This document shows, one piece after another, positions 13,016 to 27,326 of a stretch of 63,544 nucleotides of DNA. The translations under genes and the position numbers were made by a program. Source of the DNA: Octopus bimaculoides. Its lineage: Eukaryota. Position 1 is the stretch's first letter; every line of letters begins with the position of its first letter. The notes under the pieces are model-generated. The model was given only the letters and a program-made list of their open reading frames with translations. It did not search any database and had not been told where the DNA came from. The stretch lies in NCBI RefSeq assembly GCF_001194135.2, contig NC_068983.1:153547319-153610862 (forward strand). Reading direction: 5' to 3'.

Positions 13016-16000
13016 TTAAATATATATATATATATTACAAATGTGTGTGTGTGTGTGTGTTTGTGTGTATGCATCTATATGTGTGGTTCTGCCTTCTATG
13101 TAAAAAACGGAAATTTTCTCTTGATATATAGTGTCTGGCAAAAGTTTATGCTAATCTCAGAACTGAAATCTCTCTGATCGATTAAAATCCCTGAATATGA
13201 GGTCCAGCATGATCCACATCCAATGAGAGAAACTGGTAAAAGGATAAAACAGTAAAATGTGATTCCTCTGCTTATACCCGAAACCTGTTTTCGCTAATTT
13301 ATCTGCGTATATTGATATAGAAACTACAGTGTATGGTGAGTTATTTTAAAGGGAATCATAGTAGAGCGTCTTTGATGATTTTCTGTGTCTGTAGTTGGTC
13401 ATCATTTCTTCTCTTATTCAATAAGCTACTAAATGTTTTATATACTGTCTCTTTTACGTACTATTTATCATATTTTAATATTCAATAAATTCACTGCCAC
13501 CGGTTTAGAACCACTCACAAACACACGCACACACACACACGCAAAATGTTTGTCATTACATTACTCTAGTAGGGTCGTTAGATATGATTCACAGCTTATT
13601 GCGATTATTAAAAGTTCCAGATATAAAAGATTGCTTGCGTAGCATTGGTAGACATGCCAACAGACCGTCTTGTATTTATTAGTCATAACGCATCCTACAT
13701 TTCATACCCATTATTTACGAGGTAATAACATGCAAAGCATTCCATTATGGGAAGCGATTTAAGCGTTATCAGACATAACAGCTTCCATGTACGATGGACC
13801 TTTTGCGATGTATATTTGCCGTTAGAATATAAAACTAACGATGGTAAGAGCAAGTGTGAGTTTTTATTCATGGAGTAGATTATGATTTCTTTGTTCGATA
13901 TTAGAAACTGAATCTAATAAGAAGTTCGTGTCATTGACGCGGTAGTTTTATTTAATAAATCTGCTTAATATTCTAACTTAAGCGTATATTTGAAGATAGC
14001 GCAACGAAAATGGTAAGCTTGTTACGTAATATAACTCAAACAGATAGCTGTAAATTCTGTAGCAAAAGTACGAATCAAATATAGCCTTCTATATTACTTC
14101 ACTGAAATGTACGTCTCATAAATTGTCGGAGCAAACAGCGTACTTTCTGCATGGAAATTAACAAAAGCAAATGTAGAATTTTTCTTCAATCGGAAATTTA
14201 ATTTCATTTTCATCACCCTGTCCTTCGTCTGAACCTTCATCCTGTAATATTATCGGGAGATTTTGTGATTTAAGTTCTAGCAATCTGTTAGTGGCTATGC
14301 CTTGCTATTTTAAACATTTTCTTCTCTTATATACGAAAAATAATTGATCAAATGTATTTCAGCCTATCGTACTCCTTGATTCTAGTGCTGCTAGCTAATA
14401 TACGTGATGCACATACTTTCTAGTTTTCTATTTGCAATATATTTACTATTGAAGTACGAGTAATTTGGTATATAGATGATATATTAGAAGGATGAAATAT
14501 GACACATGGCGCTGGGATTTGTTCCCTATTGTAATTTTTTAATCCTTGTTTTCCTATTTTATTAATTCTAGCATTTCAATCTAAATATAGGAGAGGGAAA
14601 AAACATTCTGTACTCTATAGTATGGTGCGAATAACTGGCACTTAGTAGAAGAACGTCATATAGTACCGTTGCAATAACAGTTACAATCCATTTTTAATCG
14701 GTGCTTTGTGTTAACCAACCGACTGATCGGTATGAAGTCACACACCGATGCACTCCAAACTATGTCATAAATGCATGACATAGCACCTAGATACTTATTC
14801 TACAGTTAACACAATGTTCCCCACTACTCGTATTTAGTCTCATAACATCTAATGCCAATTACTACCTATGAACACAGCTCTTTACATCTCATCATGTATT
14901 GTCTCTGTATTGTCTCTATATCCACTAACTGCTTCTCCCAATCTTTCTCAAAATATGTCTTTTGAAAATCACATTATACAATGATGGTTTCAATAACAGT
15001 CTTCCGGTGACTTTGAGCCACTAGTGTTGTGGTGATCTCACTGCGTTAAGATCAAATGCAAGATATATAGATGCAACTTCTCCCATTTTTGCGTTATCAA
15101 GCACAACCATATTGTGAAGCGATGTTTGTATTTTCTTTATTTAGGGGAAACACTGCAAAATAACTTTACTGCAACCATCTCGTATTTTACTGTTATCGTA
15201 ATATGAAAAATGCTTCATTATATCCGTGGGAGTGCACTGTTATGCATGAGATACACTCCACTGAAATTACCTGTTATCCCAGCTTAAATGGGTTCATGTT
15301 ATTACGCTATAATTCTTATACATTATATATTTGAATTTTCTCTTTTTTCTTATACGTACATTGTAAAATGAAATGTTTATTGTAAATTCTACCAGTGAAA
15401 TATATACATTTAGAACTAATAAATTAAATTGTATGTAATAAATATGAAAAGTATATCTTCTAATTTGAGCTTATGTGAAATAATTTATTCAATTTTGATA
15501 ATATTTTACTGACGATCAAGCCTTTGTAGCATTAGCTCAGAGTGGATTCAATCAATCCAACTAAATTAAAGGAGTATATTTTGAAATGCATTGTCAAAGA
15601 ACTCACGAACTGGAAATTACATTAAATACTCTAATGTTCTTAATATCACCCTTAAAGTATCATCCATTGGTACATCATTAATTATTTATATTACGCTTGA
15701 CAAGGAACAAACACAATATTCCCAGGTTATTAATGTATTTCAAATTGATTAAATGCTTGTATGTTACTGAAATTATTTTATCAAAGCAGGAGAAATAGGA
15801 AATCAAGAATGACAGAGGGCACAGAATAGAGTATTTCCTAGGTAAATATATGAGTAAATATATGCGTACAGAAATGTTTATGCCCAAAATCTATACCTAC
15901 ACGCAATCCACAAAAATGTATTCGTTTAAAATAAACATCATTCAGGTTTAAGCAAACGGTGTGTTTATGCTTTTACTTTAATTTTAAACAAGGATAAAAT

Positions 16001-16859
16001 ATGGTAGATGTGCTACTATATTCTTACACTCTGTTAATAATATAAAATATAGAATTAACCAGACTTCTTTAGAAAAGATTGTTCTCTATCACATTCAAAC
16101 ATCTGACACACAAATTTTGCGTGTGCCACCATTCCCTTCTCTTGGATACTCGACTCACGTCTACTGTATTCATGACCCATGCTGTTATTTTCCTAGTTCC
16201 ATCTTTTTCAGAAACATGGAAATCGCCACCCTGACAAAAAATTCACTACAATCATGAAGTAAAATCATAGTCTGCGTAACATTCATAAATTTAAGATGCT
16301 CTTAGTATTCTGCCCGTCTCATTTTCTGGAATTCGATCAAAAGCTCTCTAAAATTTACATACAAAATTTGCTCACACCGTTTTAATATCACCTAATCTTG
16401 TGTGACTGCTTGAGCTGAGTTAGATTTCTTGCAAGTATATAAATCGTGTTCTATGCAAGAAAGAATTATGCTTACAGAATGCATTAACATACGACATAAA
16501 ACCATAGATGCAGGTACTTCCGGAAAAAATAAATAATTCAGCGGGTAACTAGCCTTTCTCTTCTCTACAAGTGTTTTACTGAGACGGGTGATTGTGGATT
16601 TCCTTTTTTATTGAAGCATGATCAACTCAAAAAAGTTCCTTTTATATTTCACGATTGATAACAAGGGTTGCCAGGTATGCGAATGAGAATACAAGAGTTG
16701 AGAAATGGAGAAGATAATTTCGGGGCTACATATGTTTCATAGTGGGCGGAACCTAGGAAGTGGTAAATAGCCAAGCGAAGTGTATACTGCAAGCTATACT
16801 TCAGGCCAAGGATTAAATGAAAGTTTCTACCTGTCTGTCTTTCTGTCTCTGTATCTATG

Positions 16860-17200
<341 letters not shown>

Positions 17201-18069
17201 CGAAGAACAAGCACAAGTGGATTCAAGATTAATAGTAGTTCATTCGGCAGCATATTATTGATGCACTCTTTGGTTATATAGCATGTCAAAAATTCGGTAT
17301 CGTCAGGTAAATTTAAACATATAAACAGGTAAATTAGAAATAGAATATGACTATCTGTCCTCTTTGATACCACTGGAGTACGACTGAAACTATGTTCCAA
17401 ACAAGACCCGTTACTAGTACGAAACCTAAATATCCTATTAATCTAATCTGTGACTTGTTGCACCATGGATAATGATAACCTACTCGGATCTCTAACTCAC
17501 TTAGTAGTAGTGTTACATGTAACTTTACACCCAAGATACATTTTTAATTTCATACACGGCCATTTTCCAATTATTATAAATTTTCTTCATCTTCTTTCAG
17601 AAAATGTCTGTTAGCTTGGAACGATTGAGTTCGGAGACCTGTATTCAAAAGTTCCAACTTTCACAGCTTCTTCTCCTGCAAGTTTGATCGATTTTGTTTA
17701 TGTGTAGTTTCTTATATGCAGGTCGAGATTTAATAAAGTTTACTGCCAAATCTTTTAGTGACTGTTATGCTGCTTCGTCAGCAGTCACGTGTTGTGTTGT
17801 TTTGTTGTATTGTGATTAAATCTATGTAGGTTTTACCGCGTAAATAATTTTGAAGTTATGATTCCATGTCAACAACCGCGCGTTGTGCTTTTGATGAGTA
17901 TTTACTTTTGCCCTTTGCTGCAAAATGAGTATGGCATCGGTGATTAATCTTCTAGCTTTGTAAGGAATATTATATAGTATTAAATTATTATCCACTTGCA
18001 TTATTTTCTAACGTTGTTTTGTGTTTTGCTGTAAAGTGGGTTCCTCCTCACTAGATATACGTACGTCTT

Positions 18070-18070
<1 letters not shown>

Positions 18071-18155
<85 letters not shown>
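18071..18155. repeat. (CT)n microsatellite
   Basis: Direct inspection. Confidence 0.97.
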
Positions 18156-18158
<3 letters not shown>

Positions 18159-19639
18159 TTTCATATATATTTGGGTGTATGTGTGTGTTGTGTGCATGTA
18201 TGTATATATACACGACAACACACACATTTCACATTTCAGATGTAGTTTAACAGCCGTAATTTTTCATTACTTTATTTAATATTGATATAGTATCTTTTAT
18301 AATTATTATCATCAATGCATTTGGTTGTTGACAGGAGAAATCAATGCAATGATTAATTTGTTATCGCTTTCACACTGTGGAAACCAGTGAATGCTGGAAA
18401 CTAATTTCATACAAATAATTTCATTTGTTGTGTAAGATTTTTTCATTAAAGTTGAGACTCTAATTAAAGAATCCCTATTTCTCCCTAATATAACCAAACA
18501 AAAAGCACCATATATTCTAAAATAAATAGAGAAATGCAATATGAAAAATGGAACAATTGATTTTTCGTGTTAATCTTACTGTGTTCTTACTAACAATTAA
18601 CCTCTTGCTCATCGACTACTTTACACCTTTTTTTAATCATTTCCTTTATGTTCATTATCCAACATTATTGTAGTTCTTTTTGCATCCATTACACTGTTGG
18701 AACCTTTTCAAGATGACCATTAGCGTCATTAACCTTTTACATAGATTGTCTTCTTACACCTACTGGGTTTATATGTTTCCTTACCATAGTTCTTATTATC
18801 ATCACCGTTATTATCACCAATGTCATAATGATAATGTTCTAAAAGAAACAAAATAATTTAATTAATAGGAATGTACGTAGAACACTTATTCGGATTGTTG
18901 CTTCCGCACCTGAGAAGATTTAATTATTGAACATATATTTTAGTACGCCTCGATATACGCAATATAAGCTGTCTAAGCCGCTTACCAGTCTAATTGTAGT
19001 AATTAGGTCAAATCAAGTCTTAGCGGTACTGAATAAGCACAAACAGACAACATTTTTTTTTTCTCATATTTCACTGTGATTTTATATGCAAAATGCGCTA
19101 TATCTTATATCAATTGCATATTTAAATATTAAAGCAACTAGCCATATCCAGACACTGTTGCTAACAAACCATTCAGGGACCGGATTGTTGAGTAATATCT
19201 GTACTGACATTGCTGCATTTTGGGGGCACTAATTCAAAATATGTTACAAATTCTCCATATTAGTATTATCTTCCAAAGAAACCTGATATTTTTTTTCTTT
19301 TAAAGCGATTTGTGTCTTCCTTGTAAGTTTTGTAAGTTTATATTTTTCAGTGGATTTTCTCTGTGTACGTTCGTATCCTGAATATGACATCTTTAAAACT
19401 AATCTTCTCCTTATAATAGGGAAAAGCACCAACATATCCAACTTCTTGCTTCATGTCTAGTAAATACAGAAGTGATGGCAGAGATATAAAACGGCTTAAA
19501 CAGAGTAGGTGTTGATCTAAATTAACAATATTTAAACATGCTTCGTTAGGGCAGGATACAAGACGAATAAGAATGATGATGATGATGACGACGGCGACGA
19601 CGACGACGATGATGATGATGATTTTTGTACTGAATCCCT

Positions 19640-20010
19640 CTGGATATATGGTGAAATGGAAGGAACTAGTAACTACATTGTGACAAGGATTAACTAAGAA
19701 AGAATACAGTTTGAGTAATTATCGTGGTGGAAACTGCATTTACCAAAAGCATGTCAGTATCATAAATTAGTAACAGAAATAAGGCAGCATTGGCGAGAGC
19801 AATTAAAACATCTTAACCGATGACAAATGTACATTCATACGGATATGTCAATATTTAAGGTCTGTTTGGTTAAAATGAACCGTGCCGTTATTGTCGTGAA
19901 GAACTACGAAGAAACAAAATGCTGCCTGGTCGACCTATCAGTTCCTAAAGATTATAACATATTTCTCATAGAAAGATAGAAACGATCGAAACACCAGATC
20001 TATCACCAAA
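19640..20010 (+). mobile_element. Ancient Dong/R4 endonuclease-region fragment
   Basis: MNRAVIVVKNYEETKCCLVDLSVPKD aligns by eye with ANRPDVVVRDYEEK.CFLIHVSILAD of the 46471 copy. Confidence 0.45.
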
Positions 20011-21659
20011 AGAGAATTTTGTGTGTTTACATATGTACATATATATGTGTGTATGTGTGTACTTGTGTGTGTGTGCAAGCGCGCGTGTGTGCGTGCGCGT
20101 GCGTTTAAACGCTTATAATGGAAGATTCAATAATACAAATAGAACTGTTTTCTGAAGTGACTCATGGATTTTTTTCTTTATCCTAACGGGGATCCACTTA
20201 AACAACTTCCATAAGAATTTCGCCATCATTTCTACACATCACACTATCCAATATAAAGGAGGAGCAGTAAGTTTCCAGCATAATTGCTTCGCCACGCGGT
20301 GAAAGGACATATTTTCCACGGATCACTTTCAATCTGTATCACTCTGCAACTGAGGTAACGTTCCAGAAATGGGAAAGAGGACAAAGCTAAATAATCATAC
20401 AAAAGAAAAGCAAGAGAAAGGGAGGGAGATTATCTGCAATTGAAGAGTTGCATAAGCAAACAAAGAAAGTCAATAAATAAAAAAGAATAGAAATAACACG
20501 AGGGATAAGTTTTAGCAAATACTGTAATAATTTTATGCTTAAATAGGGAAGGAAAAAGTTGGCTTTTGTAACCGAAAAACTGGAGAACAAAGAGAGCGAT
20601 TTTTCTGTGAAGCCTTATGAAAACGTGTATTTTCGAACTGACTACATGTTGGTCTATACTAAGCAGTATTACTGTCATGATATACGTGAATCTGAAATAT
20701 GTGAATCTGAAATGCCGGAAGCCATTTTCTGGCCAATATTTATAGTTTAAAAAATATTTAATAAGACACAACTACAACGATAACATTTATTGCATGTATA
20801 TTTCACACTGCGAGACCTGCTACTTCATTGGCCAGCAAATTCATGAAAGAAATTCCTCTGGCACGCTCTGTATTTATAAAAGTGAGGAACGAATTAATTA
20901 ACACCGGTGTCTTATAACGTACTGGTTTAGACGTCATTCCGTTGATATAAAGCATATATTTGTAATGGAGATTTAACCACTGACAAAAAATCCAGCAATT
21001 CAAATATTTCTCTGCCTACTCTATAGTACCGTTGGGTCTTGCTTCTGAAAGAGCCAGGTTTACTAAAAAGATCTCTCATTATATCAATAAATTAATGTAT
21101 TCAAAGGAAAAGATAAACACATCACTGCAAGTTATCCGAACTTTGACTATTACCACACTGATGTTGTCTACAGTGGTGTATTCTGGAACAACTTGCTACT
21201 TCTATTAAAACAAGCAGAATATTTCATTTAATTATTCGGTATCCTAAGTATATCAAGGGTAGAACCAATATCCTGATTGTTACCGTCGTTTGGAATTTGA
21301 AGACGATATTCATTTGGTTACAAATGCTATACTATCGCTCTCTAGGAGTTTTCTGAATGACAAAGAATCGAAACAGAATATAACTGATACCATTGTACCT
21401 GTAGATTAGCACAAATTCTAGGTGTTAAATCTCCGGTTTATTTAAGACATAAATCTACTGTATATTCCAAGAATTCATCTAACTATCAACAGCACTTATC
21501 ATATATTTACCGTAATATTCAACAACCAGACAGGAGAGACTATAAAACAGACATGAATATCAGTTTACTTCTGCTACATATTCCATAACATGTACTTATA
21601 TAAGAGCTATGTATTAATATGTATTATAACAGTGTGTTCGTCCGTACATTGTTGAAGTA

Positions 21660-22345
21660 CACACACACACCACACATACGCGCACTCATACGCAAACGCA
21701 CTCACACACACACACACACACGCACTCACACACACACACACACACATGCGTGCATACCCACAGTTATAAATGTACATACATGTCTGTGCCTGTGTATTTC
21801 TTTTAATATATGTATGTGTATATGTATGTTAGTGTACATGTGTGTGGTTGAACGTAAACGAAATACAATAGTTATACAGAAATAACAAGTTACATATGTA
21901 GGTTCTATGGTTTTATTATCACCACATACTTCATAAACTCTATTATAACACATTTATTTATATAGCTTGTTAAGTTGCATTGTTTTGTTATTTTTGTCCT
22001 CATATTTTCTTCCTTCTTCTTTGTTGCATACATTTTGTTGTTGGAGAATTCTTTTATCGGTTCTTCCATTTTTTTCTGCATTCAATAGTTTATTGTTACT
22101 TCATCTCAAGAATGAAGACGCTAAAATACAAAAGAAAGTCCCAGTTTCTTGATTCTGCATTTATTATTTTTAAGCAGGTTTCAAAAAACACTCGGCAGAG
22201 AAGAAACATGAGACAACGTACACATACACTCACACGCACACTCACACGCACAGGCACAAACATTCTTACAAAGACATACACATGCACACACACACACACA
22301 CACACACACAAACATATATATGTTCTGTCTATGCATATGTATGCA

Positions 22346-22380
<35 letters not shown>

Positions 22381-22575
22381 CTTCCTTTCTCCCTCTGTCT
22401 CATATATGTATGTATGTATATATGTATATATGTATATATATATACATATACACATGCATACAAACATACATACATGCATACATACATACATACATACATA
22501 CACACATACATACATACATACATACATACATACATACATACATACATACATACATACATACATACATACATACAA
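21660..22575. repeat. (CA)n, (TA)n and (CATA)n microsatellite cluster
   Basis: Direct inspection; interspersed with unique sequence. Confidence 0.85.
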
Positions 22576-23269
22576 GTGTACACGTATATAATTGTTATCG
22601 ATACTCGCAAGACATTTTTTCTGTCTTTTCTATTATCTTTTTCCTTACGTGTTACAGCAAGTATAGAAATTGACGATAGTGACGATAACTGACGAGTCTT
22701 GGAAAGGTTTCAGTTCGAAGGCAATACTTTTGTCCTAGTCTTTGTGTTATTGTTGGCGTAGACATTAATGCTTGTATTAAACAAGTTTCTTAACTCAATG
22801 TGTGTAATTCAGTGGCGATAACGCCTGGCCTTATACGCATTTTGAGACATCGTAAGTATTGATTTTGTTATCCTTTCCTGCCTTGCTTGAATTCGTTTAT
22901 TTGACCTGAACGATAGGAAAAGCGAAATAAGAACGGCCAGATGTATACTGCATCATATTAAAGAAGATACACATATCTTAAAACGCTTCTCTGCAGTAGT
23001 ATCAAAGTTATTTCTATCTGTATTTTTATATGAATTTCTGACATACCAAGATCTGCAGGTACCTAATCCTGAGGCAAGGAACATATACCTTAATATAGAA
23101 CTGTTTACATACTTTATTTATTTGTTGTTTCTTACGTCATTGTTTTGTTCCATTTCTTGTGCGGACTACCTGCGATATGTGTTCTGATATTTTGCTGGGT
23201 CATGTTTCTGAGATATTCAGGTAGCGTGATTAGTATCTGATGCTTTCATGCAGGTGTATTCTCATTACT

Positions 23270-23913
23270 CTTTTTTACTTGCTTCAGTCATTTGACTGCG
23301 GTCATGCTGGGGCACCACCTTTAGTAGGGCAAATCGACCCCAGGACTTATTCTTTGTAAGCTTAGTACTTATACCATAGGTTTCTTTTTGCCGAACCGCT
23401 AAGTTACGGGAACGTAAACACACCAGCATCGGTTGTCAAGCGAAGTTGGGCGGGGGGGTCAAACAAAGACACACAAACATATACACACACACACACACAC
23501 AAACACACACATATATATNNNNNNNNNNNNNNNNNNNNNNNNNNNNNNNNNNNNNNNNNNNNNNNNNNNNNNNNNNNNNNNNNNNNNNNNNNNNNNNNNN
23601 NNNNNNNNNNNNNNNNNNNNNNNNNNNNNNNNNNNNNNNNNNNNNNNNNNNNNNNNNNNNNNNNNNNNNNNNNNNNNNNNNNNNNNNNNNNNNNNNNNNN
23701 NNNNNNNNNNNNNNNNNNNNNNNNNNNNNNNNNTATATATACATATATACGACGGGCTTCTTTTAGTTTCCGTCTACCAAATCCGCTCACAAGGCTTTGG
23801 TCGGCCCGAGGCTATAGTAGAAGACACTTGCCCAAGGTGCCACGCAGTGGGACTGAACTCAGAATCATGTGGCTGGTAAGCAAGCTACTTACCACACAGC
23901 CACTCCTGCGCCT
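23270..23913 (-). mobile_element. Full-length tRNA-headed CORE-SINE (family B) with an internal microsatellite and gap
   Basis: Reverse strand: AGGCGCAGGAGTGGCTGTGTGGTAAG (A-box), GAGTTCAGTCCC (B-box), CORE-like CACCTTGGGCAAGTGTCTT. Body and tail match the 38563 and 59882 copies. Confidence 0.8.
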
Positions 23914-24361
23914 ATTTAAAGTCTCGGCAGTGTGAGTAAGGATTTGTGCTTTGCTAATGCGATTGGCTGTGATTCCATAGCTTTAGCGTTGTGCAAGTTA
24001 AATTATTTATTTAATAGCGTGATTTCGCTATGCGACAAAAGTATAATATTGCGCAAAAAAGAGTATAATTTTTGAGCAGTGACATTGAATTAAAAGCAAA
24101 TTGTTTCTGAAATTGTCGGGGCTTAGGAGAAATATTACCAACTAAAATTTATAGGAGGAGGAGGAGGAGGAGGAGGAGGTGTCGATATATAGAAATATCA
24201 GGCCTTCAATATTGTAAAGTCTGTTTGGAAAACGAAAGTCATAAACATTTTAAAAGGCAACATCTGATGTAACTTGTTTATTTATAGAACTAAGGTATCA
24301 TCATTGAAAGCAAATTTCACGAACATTTCAAACATTGAGGAACAAATGGTAAAGAAGTGCC

Positions 24362-24525
24362 TCATGTACATTATTTATATTATTTACATTAGACGGATAT
24401 GCGCCTTCATCTTGTTTGCTGTTACCACAACATTTCGGCTGATTTACTATTCAGCCTTTATCAGGTGTCCTGATAGAATTTTGAAACCAGCCCTGGGTTC
24501 TCATTCCTAAGTTATTTTTCTGTTG
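24362..24525 (-). mobile_element. Older single-arm copy of the H1 PLE-type unit
   Basis: Diverged match to the 11399 arm (ACATTATTTA..GACGGATAT..CATCTTGTTTG..TTTCGGCTGAT..CAGCC..TCAGGTGTC..CTGGGTTCTCATTCCTA). Confidence 0.65.
24424..24469 (-). ncRNA. Degenerate hammerhead-like motif (H1), core mutated
   Basis: Reverse strand: GACAC-CTGATAA-A-GGCTG-aatagtaaat-CAGCC-GAAAT-GTT-GTGGT. Confidence 0.4.
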
Positions 24526-24943
24526 GTATATACTAACATCAAACCGCGGCACCACGCGACATTTCTCGACCAATTGCAGGCTAACGGCCAGTAGTAAACA
24601 TCGACACTCTTCAATCGAATTTTCATTCAAATTCAATGCTAGGCTATTAGCAACACGCTTGAAACACAGAATACCAAGAAGGATCAAACTATTGTCGTAA
24701 ATTACGCAGGAGGAAACTACGGAAGACAGTTCAGTCAGATCGTGTACTGTGCCAAAGCTACATGGTGAAGGAAAAGCGAGAGGAAATGGAAGAGGACACG
24801 AGAGCGAAATGAATGGGAGGTAAGTTGGTGAGAGGAAAAACAGCACACGAGCGGTTTGCACGACTGTGTGCGCGCGCATGTTGTGTGTTAATGTGTGCGC
24901 GCGCGTGGTGTGTGTACATGTGTGTGTGTATGTGTGTGCGTGT

Positions 24944-24980
<37 letters not shown>

Positions 24981-27275
24981 TGTGTGTGTTTTGCAAAATG
25001 TCAGTTTTGGGGAAAGTGATAAATAAAATTGGCAAGCAAAGTGAGATAGCTCGGAAGGAAAAAAGCGTGTCAGTTTGTGAGGAATGAGGAGTGCGAGTGC
25101 ATGTACTTGTGGGGGTACGGGTGCATTTATTGACATGTGTGCAGTATTGCGTGTGTGTCTGAAAGCAAAGCTTTTGAGAGTGCTAGTGGATATGTTAGTA
25201 TGTGTCAGGTAGATGAGATGGTAAAACTGAGGCAAAAAGTTTGTATTTATATGTGTTTATGTAGATGTAACTGAGCGGAGAGGTGGCTACACACATGAGT
25301 TAACATGACGGAATTTATGGATATCGATGTGTGTGGACGTACTGGAGTCAGTGGGAGTATCAACGGGCCACGATTGCAGAAGAGATAAGGGGCATATTCG
25401 TGTTAATGATAATATGATTATGTGGGATTGTGAGGATGTATATGTAAATGATGTTGCCGTTTGGAAGGCTTGTAGTTGTGTGTGCATGAGGATGAGATAT
25501 GGGTAGTAAGGGAAATTTGGCGGCTTAACTTGGGTACATAGCGTGAGTGTTGTAGAGAATAGAGAGAAACAAAGCAAAGAGGGTATATTTAGAGGTCGGG
25601 TAGGGAGAAAAATGGTATAAAGTATTTAGCAGATAAACACACACGCATTCGCACACACACACATATCCACACAACCACACATTCTCTCTCTCTATTTCTT
25701 TCTCTCCCTCTCTCTCTATATATATTTTTAGGTAGATTAATTGTTAATAAAAAATTAGTCGATTAAACTTTGGTTTCTATAAAATGTGAAATAATTAGTA
25801 ATTTAGAATTAGAAAACAAATAAGTGAAGAAAAAAAAAGAAAATGAAACTATATATAGCATTGTAAATTATTCAACGTAAGTCGTTTCCTGGAAGGTGTC
25901 TTTTTTTAAAGAAGTTCTCTCTGTATACCGGATTCTGTTGTCCTGTGTAAAACGCAAATGAGATAATTACGGTACATAAATGATAGCGGAAAGATAACCC
26001 AATTAGACTTTCATCTTATTAAAAGCTTGCATTGAGGCTGTTTATCCTTCGGTGAACTGGCTGGTTCTTTTGGCTTTCAGTGCCAATTGACCGTAAGTAT
26101 CTAATATATAATTCAAGTAAAAATCTTCGGCTATTTGGCGTGTTTTGTTACTTAGCTATAATTATTTATTTTGTGTTTCGCTTTGATCGCATTGTAATCG
26201 AGGTGGAATTCATTGCAATAATGTATTCTCTTAGTCTGGATATTTGTTCAGAGAATCGTAACGATTTCTTCTTTCGAAGAGTGATGTGTTGTTATTATCA
26301 TATTGTGTTTCCCTTTTCATATATAATGCATGATTTCATATATTCCTTTGATCCATTGTTTTTACTATATATAACTTTTTTTGTATTCTTTTCTGGCAAC
26401 TACAATCATATTTGCTTTTTTTTTTTGTCATAATTATTGGTTATCTAATGTTGGTATTGATGTTGATTCTGTGTTTTTGGTTTGTTTGTAAATAAAACAT
26501 TTTCTAAAAACTTAATGGAAAACTGAGATTTCTAAAGTTCATTACGTATTCTGAATTTATGATGTACTTAATTAATTAGCTGGTATGAAAGATTAACGTA
26601 TTTCAAAAGTTTATGTTACTNNNNNNNNNNNNNNNNNNNNNNNNNNNNNNNNNNNNNNNNNNNNNNNNNNNNNNNNNNNNNNNNNNNNNNNNNNNNNNNN
26701 NNNNNNNNNNNNNNNNNNNNNNNNNNNNNNNNNNNNNNNNNNNNNNNNNNNNNNNNNNNNNNNNNNNNNNNNNNNNNNNNNNNNNNNNNNNNNNNNNNNN
26801 NNNNNNNNNNNNNNNNNNNNNNNNNNNNNNNNNNNNNNNNNNNNNNNNNNNNNNNNNNNNNNNNNNNNNNNNNNNNNNNNNNNNNNNNNNNNNNNNNNNN
26901 NNNNNNNNNNNNNNNNNNNNNNNNNNNNNNNNNNNNNNNNNNNNNNNNNNNNNNNNNNNNNNNNNNNNNNNNNNNNNNNNNNNNNNNNNNNNNNNNNNNN
27001 NNTGTGTGTGTGTGTGTGTGTTTGTTTGTATGTATATATATATATATATATATATACATTTATACATTTATATATACACATGTATGCATGGAATTTTTTT
27101 TTAATTTTCAGAAAGCTCCAAATCTCAGAGCAAATACGCGTTTTTCCTGTGTTCCTATGTCAGTTGTATAGGAAGCATTCAGATACATATAGGTAATATG
27201 AATTCATGTGAACTAGTACATTCGCATTCCTTCCACAGCACGTGTGTAGGTTTGTACATGTTTGTGTTTGTATGT

Positions 27276-27326
<51 letters not shown>

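Noticed and set aside
14760-14783. Perfect 9-bp hairpin CTATGTCAT/ATGACATAG followed by CTAG, as a possible Helitron 3' end
   Set aside because: Spacing to CTAG is only 3 nt, the next base is A rather than T, and the stem is AT-rich.
16140-16420. RAFDRIP-like RT motif on the minus strand
   Set aside because: A single short motif amid stops; not enough to call an element.
20430-21300. Several 60-113 aa ORFs in a region that looks like an old repeat
   Set aside because: No recognisable motif and no second copy in the window; cannot be classified.
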